A DNA stretch of 63,451 nucleotides, counting the filler, from Phoronis australis (lineage: Eukaryota; Animalia; Phoronida), in assembly GCA_002633005.1 (NCBI GenBank). It is 3 parts of 3 records of this genome, joined end to end, with 100 filler letters (N's around TTAATTAATTAA, not from the genome) between each part and the next. Parts side by side here need not be neighbours in the genome. Positions count along the whole stretch, not along the records: positions 24,277 to 52,656 come from NMRA01001302.1; 2 more parts are not named here. One strand, 5' to 3'. The notes beneath the pieces were generated by a model. The model did no database searches. It was given only the letters and a program-made list of their open reading frames with translations, and was not told the origin of the DNA. This document shows positions 25,819-40,299 of this stretch, in pieces. The translations under genes were made by a program, and so were the position numbers. Every line of letters begins with the position of its first letter. The first letter of the stretch is position 1.

Positions 25819-26972
25819 GGGCCCGGTTGCATACATGTAAAAGTCTGTATAACTAAGAGCTTTTACGCCGGATAAGATTTATACGCCGGATAGTTATACG
25901 GCGTATAAATTTGGGTTGCACAAAGCTTGGATAAGGTTCGAATAACTATCCGGCGGATATCTATGTTATACCGTGGATAGCCAAATTGGATACCATATAA
26001 GGCAATCCCCATAATTCCTGTTACCATGGCACAGACAAAATGGATGAAGCTAAGGAAAGATTTTGTAATTGGAAAAAGAACTAAATCAACTTTCTGAGTG
26101 AAGTTGTCGAGTAAAACTTGCAAGTTATTAACGGCAAGTTCAGTCAGAAGGGGACAAAGGCCGAAAAGAACTCTGTTTGGGAAGAGAGAGCTTCCAAAAT
26201 CACCAGTCTGGGAACAGCAAAGAGGACACCGTATGACGCAAAGGAAAAGTGGAGACACATGGTGTCTGGGGCGAGAGCCTCAAAGAACCAACTGCAAAGA
26301 GAGGTGAAGAAAACGGGAGGAGGCTCTCGCCCCAAACCCTTGGAGGAGGCTGAGAAATAAATCGTTGCATTGTTTACAGACACACCCAGTTTTAGTGGAT
26401 TGGAAGCTCCAATTGAATCAGGTATGAATTAATCAAGTGAGGCAAAAGAATATTCCATGGTTTATATGATACATTACCAACAACACTGCATAAGAATGCT
26501 CTCTACTTTTCACTTTTCTTCAAAATGGAAACGTACAACTCTCTTAGGTGTTGAATAATTAATTGCTACGTAGCATTCACTGCTTTGAAAAAATAGGTCA
26601 ACCGAGTTTGGAATATAGGTCACAGGGTTATATACATGTAAGTCAACGGAACAGACACGTTGCACGAACGTAGCTACAGCACAGGTACGTGAACCCCAAA
26701 TCCCGTAGCGATACGACACAAATTTTTTATGTTTACAAAAACCAAGTTGAACATTCTCTTCCATTCCTTACACACAGAAGCTATGGCCCTATGTTGATTG
26801 ATCAAATCCCGGGGATGGAATCATGGACAAATCCATGCATTTGATCTGTCACTGAAAACGAAATAGAAGCCAACCAAAGGAGAAGAATAAAAGAAGAAAG
26901 GAAATTGGACTTAGAAATAGAAAATCTTGCACTAAAGAACAAGAAACTCAAGATGGAAATTGAAAACATGTG
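25819..26972 (+). mobile_element. Harbinger element left end with a Myb/SANT-like accessory gene remnant (~26040-26421 and ~26779-26972)
   Basis: Terminus GGGCCCGGTTGCA with TATACGCCGGATA-type subterminal repeats. Peptide VINGKFSQKGTKAEKNSVWEERASKITSLG..KRT....KEKWRHM...KKTGGG (Myb_DNA-bind_5-like) and C-terminal coiled coil LDLEIENLALKNKKLKMEIE; internal stops. Confidence 0.8.
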
Positions 26973-27849
26973 ACTTTTTTGATCAACTGTTCCTTTTGCA
27001 AGTGTTGTGCTGTTATTTAATTATTCGTTTATTTGTTACTGTTGCCTGTATTTACCGTGTCTCGATAAACCACAACATCTAGAAAAGATATGCGTATTTA
27101 ATCAATCAGTATCGATACCGTTTATTGTAGATTCCAATGTACATTCAGAGTATATACACAGAGTAGTTATTCTCTTAAAGCCATAGGCTTCCAAATATAC
27201 AATGCAAAGGCTTTGGATAAATTCATGACTTTTCTGATGGAATAATTAACATTCACAAGCTCTGGTGCAATTCACCTTGAGACATAACATATACTGAAAC
27301 CTAAAACGTATTTAAAGAAATCAGGGGTGAATCCAGGATTTTGAGTTAGGGGGGCCTTTGGAAGCATCTACATGTATAACAGACGGCTGGAAAGAGCACA
27401 CTGGTGACTTTGGCTGCGACACTTAGTGCCTTCAGAGCAAAGCTGTTCTCAAATGATTGATTAGCTAACATTCACAAGTTTTGGTACAAAGAAAATCGTA
27501 TACCAAATTCAACGCCAGACATAACATATACTGAAACCTAGAACTTATTGACAAACCATTTGCGAAATTGATGGAACACAGGACACTTTTCATTACTTAC
27601 AGTCTTTATTCCGTTTAGCTCATATGCTCGATATAAAACACAACACCAAGCGGAACAGTGATGAAGTATCTGATCCGGAGACATGAATAAAATGTGCACG
27701 ATATTTCGAAACATACTTGTTTCACTCTCAAATGACGCACAATGCCACCACAGAGCATAAATTGGAGACCTACACAGCCGGGCACGACAGGCTTGAAATA
27801 CTCCAAAGAAAAACAAATGAAGGGGTTAACAGGTAATCCACGCAAGCAA

Positions 27850-28610
27850 GAGTAACGTGCGGTCCGACATTGTTTGCTGTTCATTCAAAACAGGCCTTTC
27901 AAATACAATGAAAGGGACTCCCAATACTTTCACTTGCAGCACATCGTGGTGTACTGTACGTACAGAATTGACGTGTTGATCACAATTTCTTGACGGGTGA
28001 TTTTTACCTTCCTGACATTGCATAATTATATTGGATGGCGCCACTTTAACTAAACCGACGGAAAAGACTGTTAACCGCTTGACCATTGTAACATTGTTTG
28101 ACATTTTAAGGAAGACATTCGTTCATTGGGCATACAAACTCATTAACAATATTACACAGGGCAACGGGATCGGACTTCCGCTTAAGAAATGTTATGTTTC
28201 ACGGCCAACGAACTTAGAGGACTTCCTATTATGATAATAAATAATAACATCGATGTAATCATCGTGTTTTCAAACTGTAACATTAACCCCGATGATTTTC
28301 TTGTAACATTTTTTTGTAAAATACCTGTTTGGTCACACTGGTCCGACGTGCAGGGACTTCACAATTACTTCAGGTCTACCAAAGCATTGGTGTTGGTACC
28401 CGTTATTCCTCTATGTTTGTGTTCTGCGATCTGCCTCTTGAACTAACAATAAGCAGTTGGGTGACACCAAATACGAACTCTTTAGGAAGTTCAGCACTTT
28501 GTGAGCAACATATCAAAGGAATCCTCACGAGATTTAATGGAGTAACTCTGAATGTATGGTTTATGATGTTATCAAGATGCTTCGCTATCTTGTAAGTACA
28601 TGTAGGGGTC
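27850..28610 (-). mobile_element. Penelope-like element remnant, internally deleted (RT start joined to GIY-YIG end)
   Basis: TYKIAKHLDNII...SIKSRE (RT N-part); EFVCPMNEC..NVKQCYNGQ...KITRQEIVINT...FIVFERPVLNEQ (GIY-YIG). DNA is similar to 40490-40690 and 58250-58330. Confidence 0.8.
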
Positions 28611-29220
28611 AGGACATGGGATATTATCAGCCGTAGAGGAACAAATTTTTGTGCATAGAGATAACCTTCGGAGTAGTCACCTTCAAATTCAGACTAGAAA
28701 ATTTGACGACGAGCCTCATCATTTATAGCCCGAGCCGACTGAATTCATGTCTAATTTAAGCTCAATGAGGGGTGCCGACTAATGCTTGTAAATTTTGTAG
28801 GGTCACATACTACTACTAGACTATCGGGATAGTCATCTTTGTTTAAAATATCATGATACTGAGCAGACTTCTCGGGGAATAACGATATTATATAACATTA
28901 ACAGTTATGCTAATAACGTTTGTGATTGCTTTGTGCTTCAAATCTGTTTTTCTCCTGAAGCTTTTATGCAGGTTGACAGTCCGAAGGGGAGTTAGTCGGG
29001 AAGACGTTTTAGGAGCAGTGGCTTTTTGAGCTGGTGAATTAAGGGTTGTGTTTTTTACTTTCACTTTTATAGGTTTGCGGTCTCGAGACCAAATGACCTT
29101 TATTACGAAGAGAGTTAACTCGAAAAATTCGCGCTTTGTTTGTTCGTGAAAATTCATTCAGCTTATCTCAAATTTTGGTCCATAGCGGGTGATCTTTTCC
29201 CAAAGTTACCGTGTAATTCT

Positions 29221-29915
29221 CTAAAGCGTAGATCGCGCTTGGCCGTTTAATAGACTTTCAAANAAAAAAATAAAATTGTGTACTCTCACGTCACTGTACT
29301 CTCTCCCTAAGTTTAATAAATCTTGGCCGTTAGTAGGTGCTCGCTGTACTATTTTCATAACAACAATAGCGCACTCACAACGAGCTATTTCAGATAACCT
29401 TCTCACGTCCACTTTCAGTTTTCAATCACCAGACTTGAGATAGATAATATTCGCTTTTAGGTATATCTTATGGGAAAGTGACTCAGCTAAGTAATACACC
29501 AGAGGTAAAAATTGCAAAAATACCTCTATTGCCACAGGTCGTGGGTCGAGGGAGTCGTGGGTCGTGTGGTTGTTTGTCGAGGGTGTCATGGATCGTGAGT
29601 CTTTAGGGGTTTGATCGTGGGGGGGTCGTGGGCGTCGAAGGGGTTTTAGAGCTATCCCGCCAACTTTTGGCCTTCCAACAAACTTTCAAAATAAGAGAAT
29701 TTACTAACCTTCAGCAAACTTGGGTTGCGGTGAATAATAGCCTCAAACTGGTCATGAAATGCTTGCCATTCTTTGAAGTTACCGCTGAACTTCTGCAAAA
29801 TTAACTTTAATAACGCAACCTTCTTTAAATCGTCACACGTTGACATCCGACATGCTGTGTTCACCGTGGGCGTCGACATTTTGACCTTGAACTTTTGTCC
29901 TGCTCCGCACCAAAA
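29221..29915 (-). mobile_element. Bel/Pao gag (DUF1759-like) remnant with a possible PBS
   Basis: LKL..QKFSGNFKEWQAFHDQFEAIIHRNPSL.KVSKFSYFESLLEGQ; second FESLLNGQAR piece at 29221-29261; TGGTGCGGAGC on the minus strand near 29910. Confidence 0.8.
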
Positions 29916-31484
29916 ATATGATTCATTAACTAATAATAGCCTTTAAATGGACAATGATACTTGATTATAAACAAGTTTTTCAAATATAAGCCTGTTATTA
30001 TCTGAAAGCAACGGGTCCCCTTTTTAAATATAGAAATTGCTTTGGCGTTTTTCGAGTCGTCTGAAAGAATTTGGTTGGAAATGGATTGTTTAAACAAAGC
30101 ACACAATGGTTCGACCAGTAGGTTAGACGATTTATTATTTTCATCGATATGCCTTCATGGCCACAAGTAGGTTGAGCTGGAAATGAATTTATCACTTTCA
30201 TGAGGGGAAATTTGTTCATAGTCAACTCTAGCAGCCGACTCACAATCTAAAAAGACATGTGGGACAAAGTTGGAGAAAGTCAAGGTAGAGAGCGTGAGTC
30301 AATGCTGCAAAACTAATTATCAAAATGATTTACGATCCTATGCTTTTATGCGCGTAACCTATGCCAATGCGGTCCAAGACTTCCGACCCGATCAAAAGGT
30401 GAGTCAACTTTTGACACAAAACTAAAATTAACGTTTGTATGTGGTCCATCTTCTTTTTAGCATTTAGCATTCCTTGAGCTAAATCCCAATGAGTGGATTG
30501 TTCACGAGTTTGAAACTTATTCATACACTTTCTACATTCCCTTGTTGCGAAAAAGTAGAAAATTGCTTAACATTGCAAATGGGGTCAAAGACAAACGTTA
30601 TATGGTCGATAATTTACGAGATGCACTAGAAATAGATTCAAAAGGAGCCTGTTGCATTCGTTTCATTTTCTTTGTAATTTTCCAGGCCATTGACGGATTG
30701 TTTAGAGTGCCTTGACCTGATTCAAACGCGACCTATTCTCTCAATCATTCTTTGCACCCGAGACTTGATATGAGCCTCTCTTGGGGGATTTAACTACTCG
30801 GGAGATAAAATGACTCTAGTTGAGCTACCTCAAACACGAACTCGAGACTTGAATTCATCATTTTATACTGCTTGAATTTCTTCTATTTCATTACTACATG
30901 TAAAATTATCAAATTTAACGGATTTTCCTTTCAAGGAGTAAAAGCCACGTACGATGGGAAGAAGGAGTTTGTGATATGATTTCAAATCAACAAACGCCAC
31001 AAATCAGCCTCTACAGTTATTGAAAGACTGGGATCATGGGTCATTCGTAAGGAAAACCATGTTTGCATTGGAAGATGGCTGTGGTTAAGATAAACAATTT
31101 CAAAGTTCGGAATGACGAAAACTGGGTCAACCTTATCACGGAATACGACACTTGAGAAATTCCTTCAAAAACAGGGAGTTTAAAATACCAGCAGTATCTT
31201 GTAGTTAACAGACATGAAATTTGCACGATTAACGTTTTGTCGATGCTGCAATTTAAGCAGATAACACTTGAGCACCGAAAAACTTCTTCAATATTATATC
31301 GTGTTACATGAACAAAGTAAGCATACAAACGTAAAGTTGACCGAGAGGTAAACGTTTCAGTCGTTCTTATCCGTACTAATTATTTACTCGTCAAGTTTAT
31401 GATCCACGTCACTTGCACAAAATTATTTATAACACCACGTGGTAAGAAATTATCAATAAAGGACACAAACAAGTTAGGGTGGCC

Positions 31485-31712
31485 GCATGGATGCCCTTAA
31501 CGGGCCCAATCAAATGGGTGCGCTCCTAGGGCCCCATGCCATGACTATGCCGCTAGGGTCCAATGCAATGGCTGTGCCTCTTGAGGGTCCATCCCCGATG
31601 TCTATGTCCCTAAGGCCCTGTCAGTGTCCGTGGCCGAGGGGCTCCATTCAATGGCTGTGCCCCTAAGCTCCATCCAATAGATTGGCCCCTAGCGTGCCCT
31701 GCAATGGCTCTA
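31485..31712. repeat. Degenerate ~30-bp GC-rich minisatellite
   Basis: Recurring units resembling CCAT.CAATGGCTGTGCCCCTAGGG. Confidence 0.7.
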
Positions 31713-32303
31713 AGATAAATAAAGAAGTAAGGAGCAGTAATCGATGATCTCTGTCATGTTATCAAAATTGATCGAGTGACTATACTAGGGGCAGATGTCT
31801 CCAATATCCCTTGCCAGATAGAGGTTATTTAAGAATGTAGGGAATAGCATTCCTAAATGGCCTGCTTTAATTTCAAAATCCCACTTTGCAAAAGTTGTGT
31901 TTAGAAAATTTGTCGACTTTTTTGTGATGCATGTCTGAGAATTGAAATGAGCATTTTCAACTGCGCTTGTATCACGTTTATTGCAACCACCATCGGAAGC
32001 TTCCTGGATAGGACCACTAAAAACTAAACCAAGAACTAGTAGATGACCGTTTTCCTGGACGTTCTCTCTCCTCAATATTTTCTTGACTGCTCCCAGCCCC
32101 TCGCCGCAGTTCAACCCCGGCGTCTGTAAATAAATGTGAGGAACGTTTCCTTGCTCCTGTGAATTCACCCCCGCATTCTCCGACCTAAACGTATTACGTC
32201 TGTTCGCAGATGACAAATAAACCAGTAATGCATTGGGTGTTTTAGCGGCCATTTTTTTTCACCAAAGACACATTGGTATTTGTGGCAAATTCAGATTTAG
32301 AAC

Positions 32304-32360
32304 ATGGCCCAGAACAAGACGTCCGGCAACGTCCTTTTAGATGAAGAAGAATTAGAAGAG
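32304..32360 (+). CDS. Candidate first coding exon of an unidentified gene (MAQNKTSGNVLLDEEELEE)
   Basis: aacATGG start context, 57-nt open frame and a strong GAG|GTGAGT donor; no downstream exon identified. Confidence 0.35.
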
Positions 32361-33394
32361 GTGAGTGTATAAATTGTCTCGGCAAGCGTTGCTTCATCCT
32401 TGTAAAATGTTTGGGTCTGCCTCCGTTCCTCGTCCTTTGCTGAATATCTACATCAATGTTTGATTGTTTGACCCTTTAGGCGCTATTCACTGTAAGTCTG
32501 CCATCACAATTTTTAAGCAAGTGTTATGGTGTGTGAAAACAGGTGTTTTGGTTAAATATTACTGCAAACAGAATTTGATATGCAGGCCACGTTAACGAAA
32601 ACGACATTTTAAATTAGTGTTCCTTTTACCGTTGCAATGACCTCGTAAGTTCAAAATGGCGTGAGCTGGGAATTTGCCAACCTCACAGCACACGAGTGGC
32701 TTGGGGGTGAACTCCATTATATTGAAAGTTTTTCAGGTCTACATACGGCAAGTTTGGATTCATTCAACCTAATTTAGTTAGTTAGTAATATGAGACCAGC
32801 CCTTTTTAAATTAGAGTCAGTAGCTGTTGCACGGATTGAAAATGATCTGTTGTTGTAGAGTGCACGTCAATAACTCGGTATTCCAGAGACGGATCCACGG
32901 GGAGCGTAGGATCAAAAGTAAAAATGAAAGATGACCCAGGAAAACTGCTACAAAAAACAAAAAAAGCACGCACGAGAGGGGAAATCCTTCCCACGACCTT
33001 GCCCCGTTTTTGCGCTACGTGCCTTGGACACGTGTGAATCGTATTCCCCTTACTGAAAACGTACATCTGCCACTGTGGTGTCAATCGAAAAAGTCTTCTC
33101 CCAGTTAATGCACATTCATGTCACACACTTGTAAAAGTTTTTGTCTCCTATGTTAGAAAAAAAAATATTTGGTTGCCATTAATTACAATAATTATTTGTT
33201 TGTCTAGTATAGCGTCTTTTTGGTATTTTGAACACAATCATATACTTTGAAAAATGTCAAATTAAAAAAAATAAGGAAATCATGAGGTCAGTTTTTGGTA
33301 GCTCTGTCTGTTTCTCAGCATTTCGAAGATTACTAGGTGGCCATGAATCTCGTTAATCCAAGTCGTTCGTAATTCCTGGTGAGAAGAGAGAATA

Positions 33395-33460
33395 TGGTCT
33401 AATGTGATTGTGTCCGCCTTCTTTACTCGATATCGTGGGTTCGAGTCCCACTGGGTCACA
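33395..33460 (+). mobile_element. tRNA-derived SINE-like head
   Basis: A-box-like TGGTCTAATG and B box GGTTCGAGTCCC; no full cloverleaf. Confidence 0.5.
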
Positions 33461-34564
33461 CTGCTAGACCCTTAAGTGAGATTTCTAACTCCTCTTATCG
33501 GTTTTAACTATATATTAGCAAAACTAATAAATATTTCCAGTGCAATGGGCCCTAATGCACGGCCTGTTCACGTCTGGTACAACGTGTACCAAACTGCCTG
33601 CAATTATTTTATTAATTAGTGGGGAGCAAACCATGAGTCCAAGCGCTGTCACAGCAAACTGATTATTCCAAAAGCATAACGGTGTAAAATTTAATTCGCA
33701 ATTACTGATCTCCCCCGTAATAAGAAAAATGCAACACCTGCAATGCGATTGAAAAGTTGATGACAATGTGCATTTCCTGTGCTGTTTGTGAGTCGGAACC
33801 GTGTCACCTTGGTGACAGACTATGTAGTCGTTAAACGTTGTTATTAGTTCGGTTCCTCAGCAGCCAAAAAAACCAAAACACTTACACCCTAGATTAAAAC
33901 ACCAAAAGAGACACGCAGATACTTTGGGGGTACGCTGAATCCCATGGAGGTTGGTTGCCTGAAATTTTTGGTCAAGGTTAAGAACAAATGAAGGTCAAAT
34001 TTCATGAACTTTTTTTAAATAGCTTGACAAAATATCTGCTTCATTAGTGTTTCAGGCTATAAACAGGCGGCTTTTCTGTTGATTTCACAAATGTATTAAC
34101 ACAAAAATAATCTTCCTGAGATGGTAAATATCTTAATGAGAGCATACACGTATTATATTTTTTCAATGAAAAAATAAGTCAGTTTGTTTTCTCTGGTTCA
34201 AAAAACTGTAAAACGGGGATGAATATACATTAAGTCAACTCCAACATCTCGAAAAGAAAATTCATTTTAAATATCGGGGTACTTATCTGTGGTTAATTCT
34301 GTGACAAAGCGTCGCAACTAAAGGAAATCGGACATCTTGCTAAATTTTGAAAGAACATTTGTTGAAACTGATCAACGTTTTTAATGTTATCAGCAAAACT
34401 TTGATTTTTAAGTTATTGTTAATGCTTTCCAAAAACTTAAGTTTTCCGAAAACTTAAGTTTTGAGAACTTAAGTTCGTTCCAAAAAACATGTTCCGAAAT
34501 ACTTAAGTTTTTCCCAAAAACTTAAGTTTTTAGAACTTAAGAGCATGTTCGCGAATAGACCAGG

Positions 34565-37500
34565 CAGAGGGTGATAAACGCTATGTCACAGATTCTCTTC
34601 ATATTTTGTCTGTGAGATGACATTGGCCCCACTGACTCCAGACCAACTTTATTTTTTTTCAAAACGCCCCCTTTTGGTTTCCATGGATACTATTTGTTTC
34701 CGACAAGTTTTCAGTCTGGCGGTAGTTAAATTTTAGTAAAATTCCGACAGTTACGTTGCGCAGTGGAAGTAACGTTGAAATATTGAACCTGTATTATTGA
34801 TCAGGTGTCACCTTCGATTACTTTATTCATGAAAATTTAAAAGATTTCAATATTTTTTGTCTATTTTTAAAGCCGCATAAGATGAGTACTTTTAGGGATT
34901 TTTGAAACTGTCAAAATTGGCTAAATTCGTATCCCGATATCTCAGCTGGCACAGGTTTCAGAACATTTTAGTGCCAACCAGTGTGTTGAGCTATTTTAGG
35001 TCTACAAAATAAGACAAGAAAATTTCCTGGCGCGAACGGATTTCATGTCATTTGAAGTAAAAAATGACTGGTGGTTACGCCATTTCACCACAATGAGTAA
35101 TGCCGACAAACGTCAACAAAACGTGAACATTTGTTAATATTTGGCCAGCAAACGGCGAATCAATTTATCATTCATCAAATTTTGTATTTTCTAGGCACCG
35201 AGGGTACACTACTTTATTTCTAAAAAGTGCTCATAGTCATGGAATTAGGATACTTACTACACAAATAGCAGTAGTTTTGGCATGACACCTTTTGCGAGAG
35301 TCGAAATTCAAAGCTCACTGGTTTTACAAAGCTCAGTAATCTTATTTGCACTGCTAAAAACGAAAAGAAACACCGCCGACAAATCATTTTCATAACATTT
35401 TTATCTGTGACTGTCCTGTTTACAACGATGCTTACTGTGGGTTAGCTGTGGAGTGTGTCTGAACAAACATTTCTTTAGGAATCTTCAAGTGGTTTTGATG
35501 CAGGGCGTTGAAAGCGGAGGACAGTGTCAAGGTGAAAGATTCATTGGCAATTACAGGCAAATGCAAAACCACTGGTCAGCCGCCAGTGTCCCAATAACTT
35601 CACTTTTGAAGTGGTATGGCTGGCTAATGTTATCGTTTTGCTATCTGCGCGCATTTTGCTGTGATTGACACAAGTGAAAAATGGGAGACATTCGAGTAGC
35701 AATGGGGGCTGACAACATGGAACCAGCTACCAGTGAGAAGATACTTCACCTGAGCAGTGGGAGACACAGAGGAACGTACTTGAATAAGTGTGTGTGACTA
35801 GATGTGAGAAGTCTAAAGAGTGAATTCATATTACTTCCCAGTCCTCCAGAGGGCAAACGTACATGTATCCTGTTCCAGGTGATCAGCTGTTCCTCGACTA
35901 TATACATGCCTCATGTTGGAAACATGATCCACTGCATAGGTCATGTGAAAGAAGTGAGGATGATAAAGGCTGCTTTTAGTATGAAGTCCATAAATACACG
36001 ATAAGTATTTTATTGTAGCTCATGTTTTTCCATGACGTCTCAGTAGACAAACAATATACAGCATATAAACTTTGGAACTCAGTTCAAAATATAACTTCAT
36101 GCACATTGGGTTCTAACTGCTAATTAGTCTTCGAGGTGCTTTAATAGCAAGACTACCAACTTTCTAAGGCAAAATCACATCAGAGATATCTAAATGTGGT
36201 ATTTGATCTAAGTGCTAATGGACTGGCTCAAATAGGAGACTCCTATGTTAGTTGTTCAAAATACAGGTGATCTCGCTTACATGTACCTCCTCATCCCATA
36301 CGGTACACGTAACTCCCCAGTCTGTATATACAATGTTGGACCACTTTAAAGTAAAAAGTGGCATTTGATGCGACTAGAATCTGGTTTAACATTCATTGCC
36401 TAGTTAATTTATACAAACTACCATGGAAAACACGAGATGTCTAAATGCCAGTGAATTGGCTCAAACATGACACTCCTGATGTTAACATTTCAATATACAG
36501 GTGACCTCGACACCTCTCTTAACTCATCATCACATACCGTACAAATAACTCTCATTCTGCAAAAACAATGTTGGAACAGATTAAAGTCAAAATGACATTT
36601 AATGTGACTGTAATCTGGTTTAACACTGGTCATCAAGTTAAGTGGTACAAAGTAGCATGGAAAAACGAGATATGTAAATGTGTTCTTTGATCTAGATGCC
36701 AGTGAATTGGTTGAAGTATGCCTAAGTCACTACCTTTCCTTAAGCTTGTACATAAGTTAACACTCAGATAAGGCTTCGCATTTAAGTTAAGTGAGATTGA
36801 GTGTAATATGAGTTTGAAAGATGAAAACTGAAATACCAGCATCTTTAAATAAATTGGACAGCAAAGTTTCAACCAGAACACTGACTAAACATCCTAAATT
36901 TTACTGCCATAATCACAGCAAGTGTTGCTATATTGCATTTTGTATTTATCTCAGTTTCTACAATATCACATCAATAACATCTGGTTAAATCACTCAGACA
37001 ACACAACAGATTGTATGATGTTCGAACAAAGATGAAATCCGGAGTATTACTGGACATCACTGACTGTCAAGTTCATTATCTCTCTCATTTGACCATTTTC
37101 CAGCGCGGTTCAAGGCAGCCAAGCATGAAAAGAAACCTTTATCCTGTTGTAGTGTCAGCCAGCCTTCCTCCCGAAACTGCTCATCCGTCTTCATCGCCTG
37201 TGCAGTTTTTGCGGGGTCTGCTTTGTTGCTCTACTGTCTGAAAAATGACAGGCAGGTTGTAGCACACTCGAATTATACACTTTTTGCAGAACTTTGCAGA
37301 GCCCAGCCACTACAAAGATGTGTCTGTCGCTGAGTGATCCAATGATTTTAGCTGAGATAATTCATTTGACCCATGGAGTGTAATATGTAAAACGACCCTT
37401 AGTACAACAAGAAAAAACACTGTGGGTACTTGATTTAGTTTTGCCAGTTTGATTGGATTCCTTTGGACATCAAATGAATATCATATCCAGACAACAAATG

Positions 37501-39311
37501 TCAACATATTGGTACTCATAAAACATAACAACACGCTATGATTTCCAGAATTACACAATTCACTGACAGCTGAAGTGAAAAGAAATTCCGGCATCCAGGT
37601 TGTCAGTTAAAATTGGAATTTATAATGCTATAACTACAGCATTCATCAATATATCTGTAGAAAAAATACTTCCTGTAATGAACTAAAAAGAAGACGCGTA
37701 ACAACAATATCGGATGTTGAAAAGTGAAAGTCAAGGAGATAAATTGCATTTTCCGCTTGCAACAAGTACAGGCCACTAGATGCACATAATCTCACACTAA
37801 ACTTACAACTAACACAAGACGCTACTAGTAAGTGGATTGAATAGCTCTAGGATAGCCTAGACTCCAACAACNNNNNNNNNNNNNNNNNNNNNNNNNNNNN
37901 NNNNNNNNNNNNNNNNNNNNNNNNNNNNNNNNNNNNNNNNNNNNNNNNNNNNNNNNNNNNNNNNNNNNNNNNNNNNNNNNNNNNNNNNNNNNNNNNNNNN
38001 NNNNNNNNNNNNNNNNNNNNNNNNNNNNNNNNNNNNNNNNNNNNNNNNNNNNNNNNNNNNNNNNNNNNNNNNNNNNNNNNNNNNNNNNNNNNNNNNNNNN
38101 NNNNNNGCGAGGCTGAAATTTAGTGAACACTGTTGAATCGAGAACACTTGTAAGTAATGATATGTCTCATTAAATTTCACAACAACAATTTATGCAAAGT
38201 TTTAAACTCGTAACCAGATATCCTCCAAGATGGCCGACCCAATCCAACCAAAGTGACCCAAATTTCGCCATATTAACTGTAATGACTTTGTATTGCTTGC
38301 CCCAATTTTGAAACGTTTTGATTTTAACACAGTATGATGGATTATCTTTCCGATGAAAGCAAAGTATTTTTTCAAAATGGAAAAATTCAAAACGACAAAA
38401 AATGGTTTGACCGCCCTATATAACGGGAACTAAACACATATGCTATTTTAACATAATAAGCACAAGTACGCGTAACATTCCAAAAAAAATTAACGACCAC
38501 TAACTACCAACTATGAATTCATTATATCAACAAAAAATAACAGTTAATACTAAAAAACAAAATAATGAAGTCTTTTTGTGCAAGCGGTAACACATTAAGT
38601 TTCAACGAAAAAATGGTGGCGTTCAGCACAAGTTCCTGAACTTACGAGTCGGAAATGTGGGTACGGAATAACCAATGACAGCCGGTAATTATCTGCTCAC
38701 AGAAAAAGTCAAATATAGACGTTTATNAACTTTTGAATCAAAACTATGCACTTTACTGGTGTTGTAATGTTCCAAGCAGGTATCGGTATTGAAGGTAATT
38801 TCCACTCAGGTGGTTGTCGCAATCTTGCAATTTGTATAGAAAAATGCTCAGCGCCAGAAAATTTTATTGTATTAATCAACAGCAATAAGATAGAAACGAC
38901 TTGTGCAAAAGTTTGGTGTTGATCAGTGTTGTGCCAGCTGAGATATACGGGCTCAAAATGTGGCGAAATTGCAATGCTATGTTAACCTCTGACCCCTCTT
39001 TACATTATGCCTGAAATTTTTAACTTAGCGGCCGAGTTAATGAGTATTGTTTAACATCTCTGTAAAGCCAAAGACTTGCTTTATTTAAGAATCACAAACA
39101 AATAATGATCTTGTGCGCCGATACTTTTTATTGTGCAGTGCAAATAAGGCATTTTCGGCGAGGCACACCACCAAAATAGAGGCTCCCTGATTTCTCCCCC
39201 TTAAACAAGGGAAAATGAGATTGGACTTTACTGTTTTGTTTATCATCCCAAAGGTAACTAAAATGCATAGTATGGTTAAAATCGGTGATATTGAGTTTAT
39301 CACCCCTCTGG
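34565..39311. mobile_element. Nested non-autonomous DNA element with ~470-bp imperfect TIRs; spans an assembly gap
   Basis: CAGAGGGTGATAAACGCTATGTCACAGATT vs the reverse complement of AATCGGTGATATTGAGTTTATCACCCCTCTG. Inner inverted matches at equivalent distances: ATATCTCAGCTGGCACA (~34937 / ~38931) and AAAATTT.CTGGCGC (~35020 / ~38850). Confidence 0.65.
36160..36720. repeat. ~240-bp diverged tandem repeat (2-3 copies)
   Basis: GAGAT.T.TAAATG, AATACAGGTGA.CTCG and AATCTGGTTTAACA blocks recur. Confidence 0.65.
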
Positions 39312-40299
39312 GCATTTTTGCCTGCTGTGAGCCGTACTTCACTCTTAAGTTGTAAGAACTTAAGTTTTCAGAACTTAAGTTTACAACTTTGCAAGCTGAA
39401 AGAAAACAAGACTGAGATACAGTACAAACTATATTGCCATGAATTTAAGTATCAACAAAAACAGTTCTGCTTACACTTGGGCTAACATAACTACGTTCTA
39501 CATACTAACGTAATGGTTCAAGAAATATAAAGTTCTTTAAAATGAAGAATCATGTAATAAAAGGAGTTATATATAAAATATTAGAAAATATCTTCTCTAA
39601 ACTGATAAGTACGTGCTGTCTTAACATTGTGCAAAATTGATAAGGTTACAAATACAAAAAATGTTATGGACTGCCTTCGTTACCAAGGAATTAACATATC
39701 TACTTTTTCCAACAAATGTAACCATGTCTTCAAAAAAATTTCTGCTGACACTTCAACTAACGTTACTAAGAACTACATACTAATGTCATGGTTCAAGAAA
39801 TAAAGAATTCTTTAAAAAAGGAAGCATATGTAAAAAATGGAGCTATATTAAAATAGTACTAAAATCTTTTCTCAAAATATAAATACTGTGAGATCTAAGA
39901 TTTAACAAAATCAATAACGTTAGAAATATATAAATACAATTGGAAATGCAATTTTTCATGGTTTTGGATACCAAAAGAAATAAATGTCACAGATTGCTTT
40001 CGTTATCAAAGGCCACATCTCATCATATATTTTCTTAACCTATGAAACCATATTAAAAACAACACCATAAAAACTGCAAAAAATCGTTTCTCTAAAAACA
40101 TAGATACCGCGATGTCATAACATTCAGGAAAAACAAGGCTACAAATAAGTGTTTACACTCAAATGCAACATTTTCAAGAGCATTGGTACTAAAAATGTGA
40201 TGTAGACTGCTGAATACATGTAGATGGATATAAATAAAATCGCACAGGAGACCACATCGTGACATACACTAGACAACATGAACAATATCGGTGACAGCA

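Noticed and set aside
27655-27730. Hammerhead-like GTGATGA...CGAAAC next to the Penelope remnant
   Set aside because: The core C3 is missing, stem I does not form, and it is antisense to the element.
37825-38180. ORFs spanning the N gap
   Set aside because: Artefacts of translating Ns.
38106-38726. Duplicate of 42446-43066 as possible LTR pair
   Set aside because: No TG..CA ends, PBS or TSD; bounded by a gap and an n, so possibly a misplaced allele contig.
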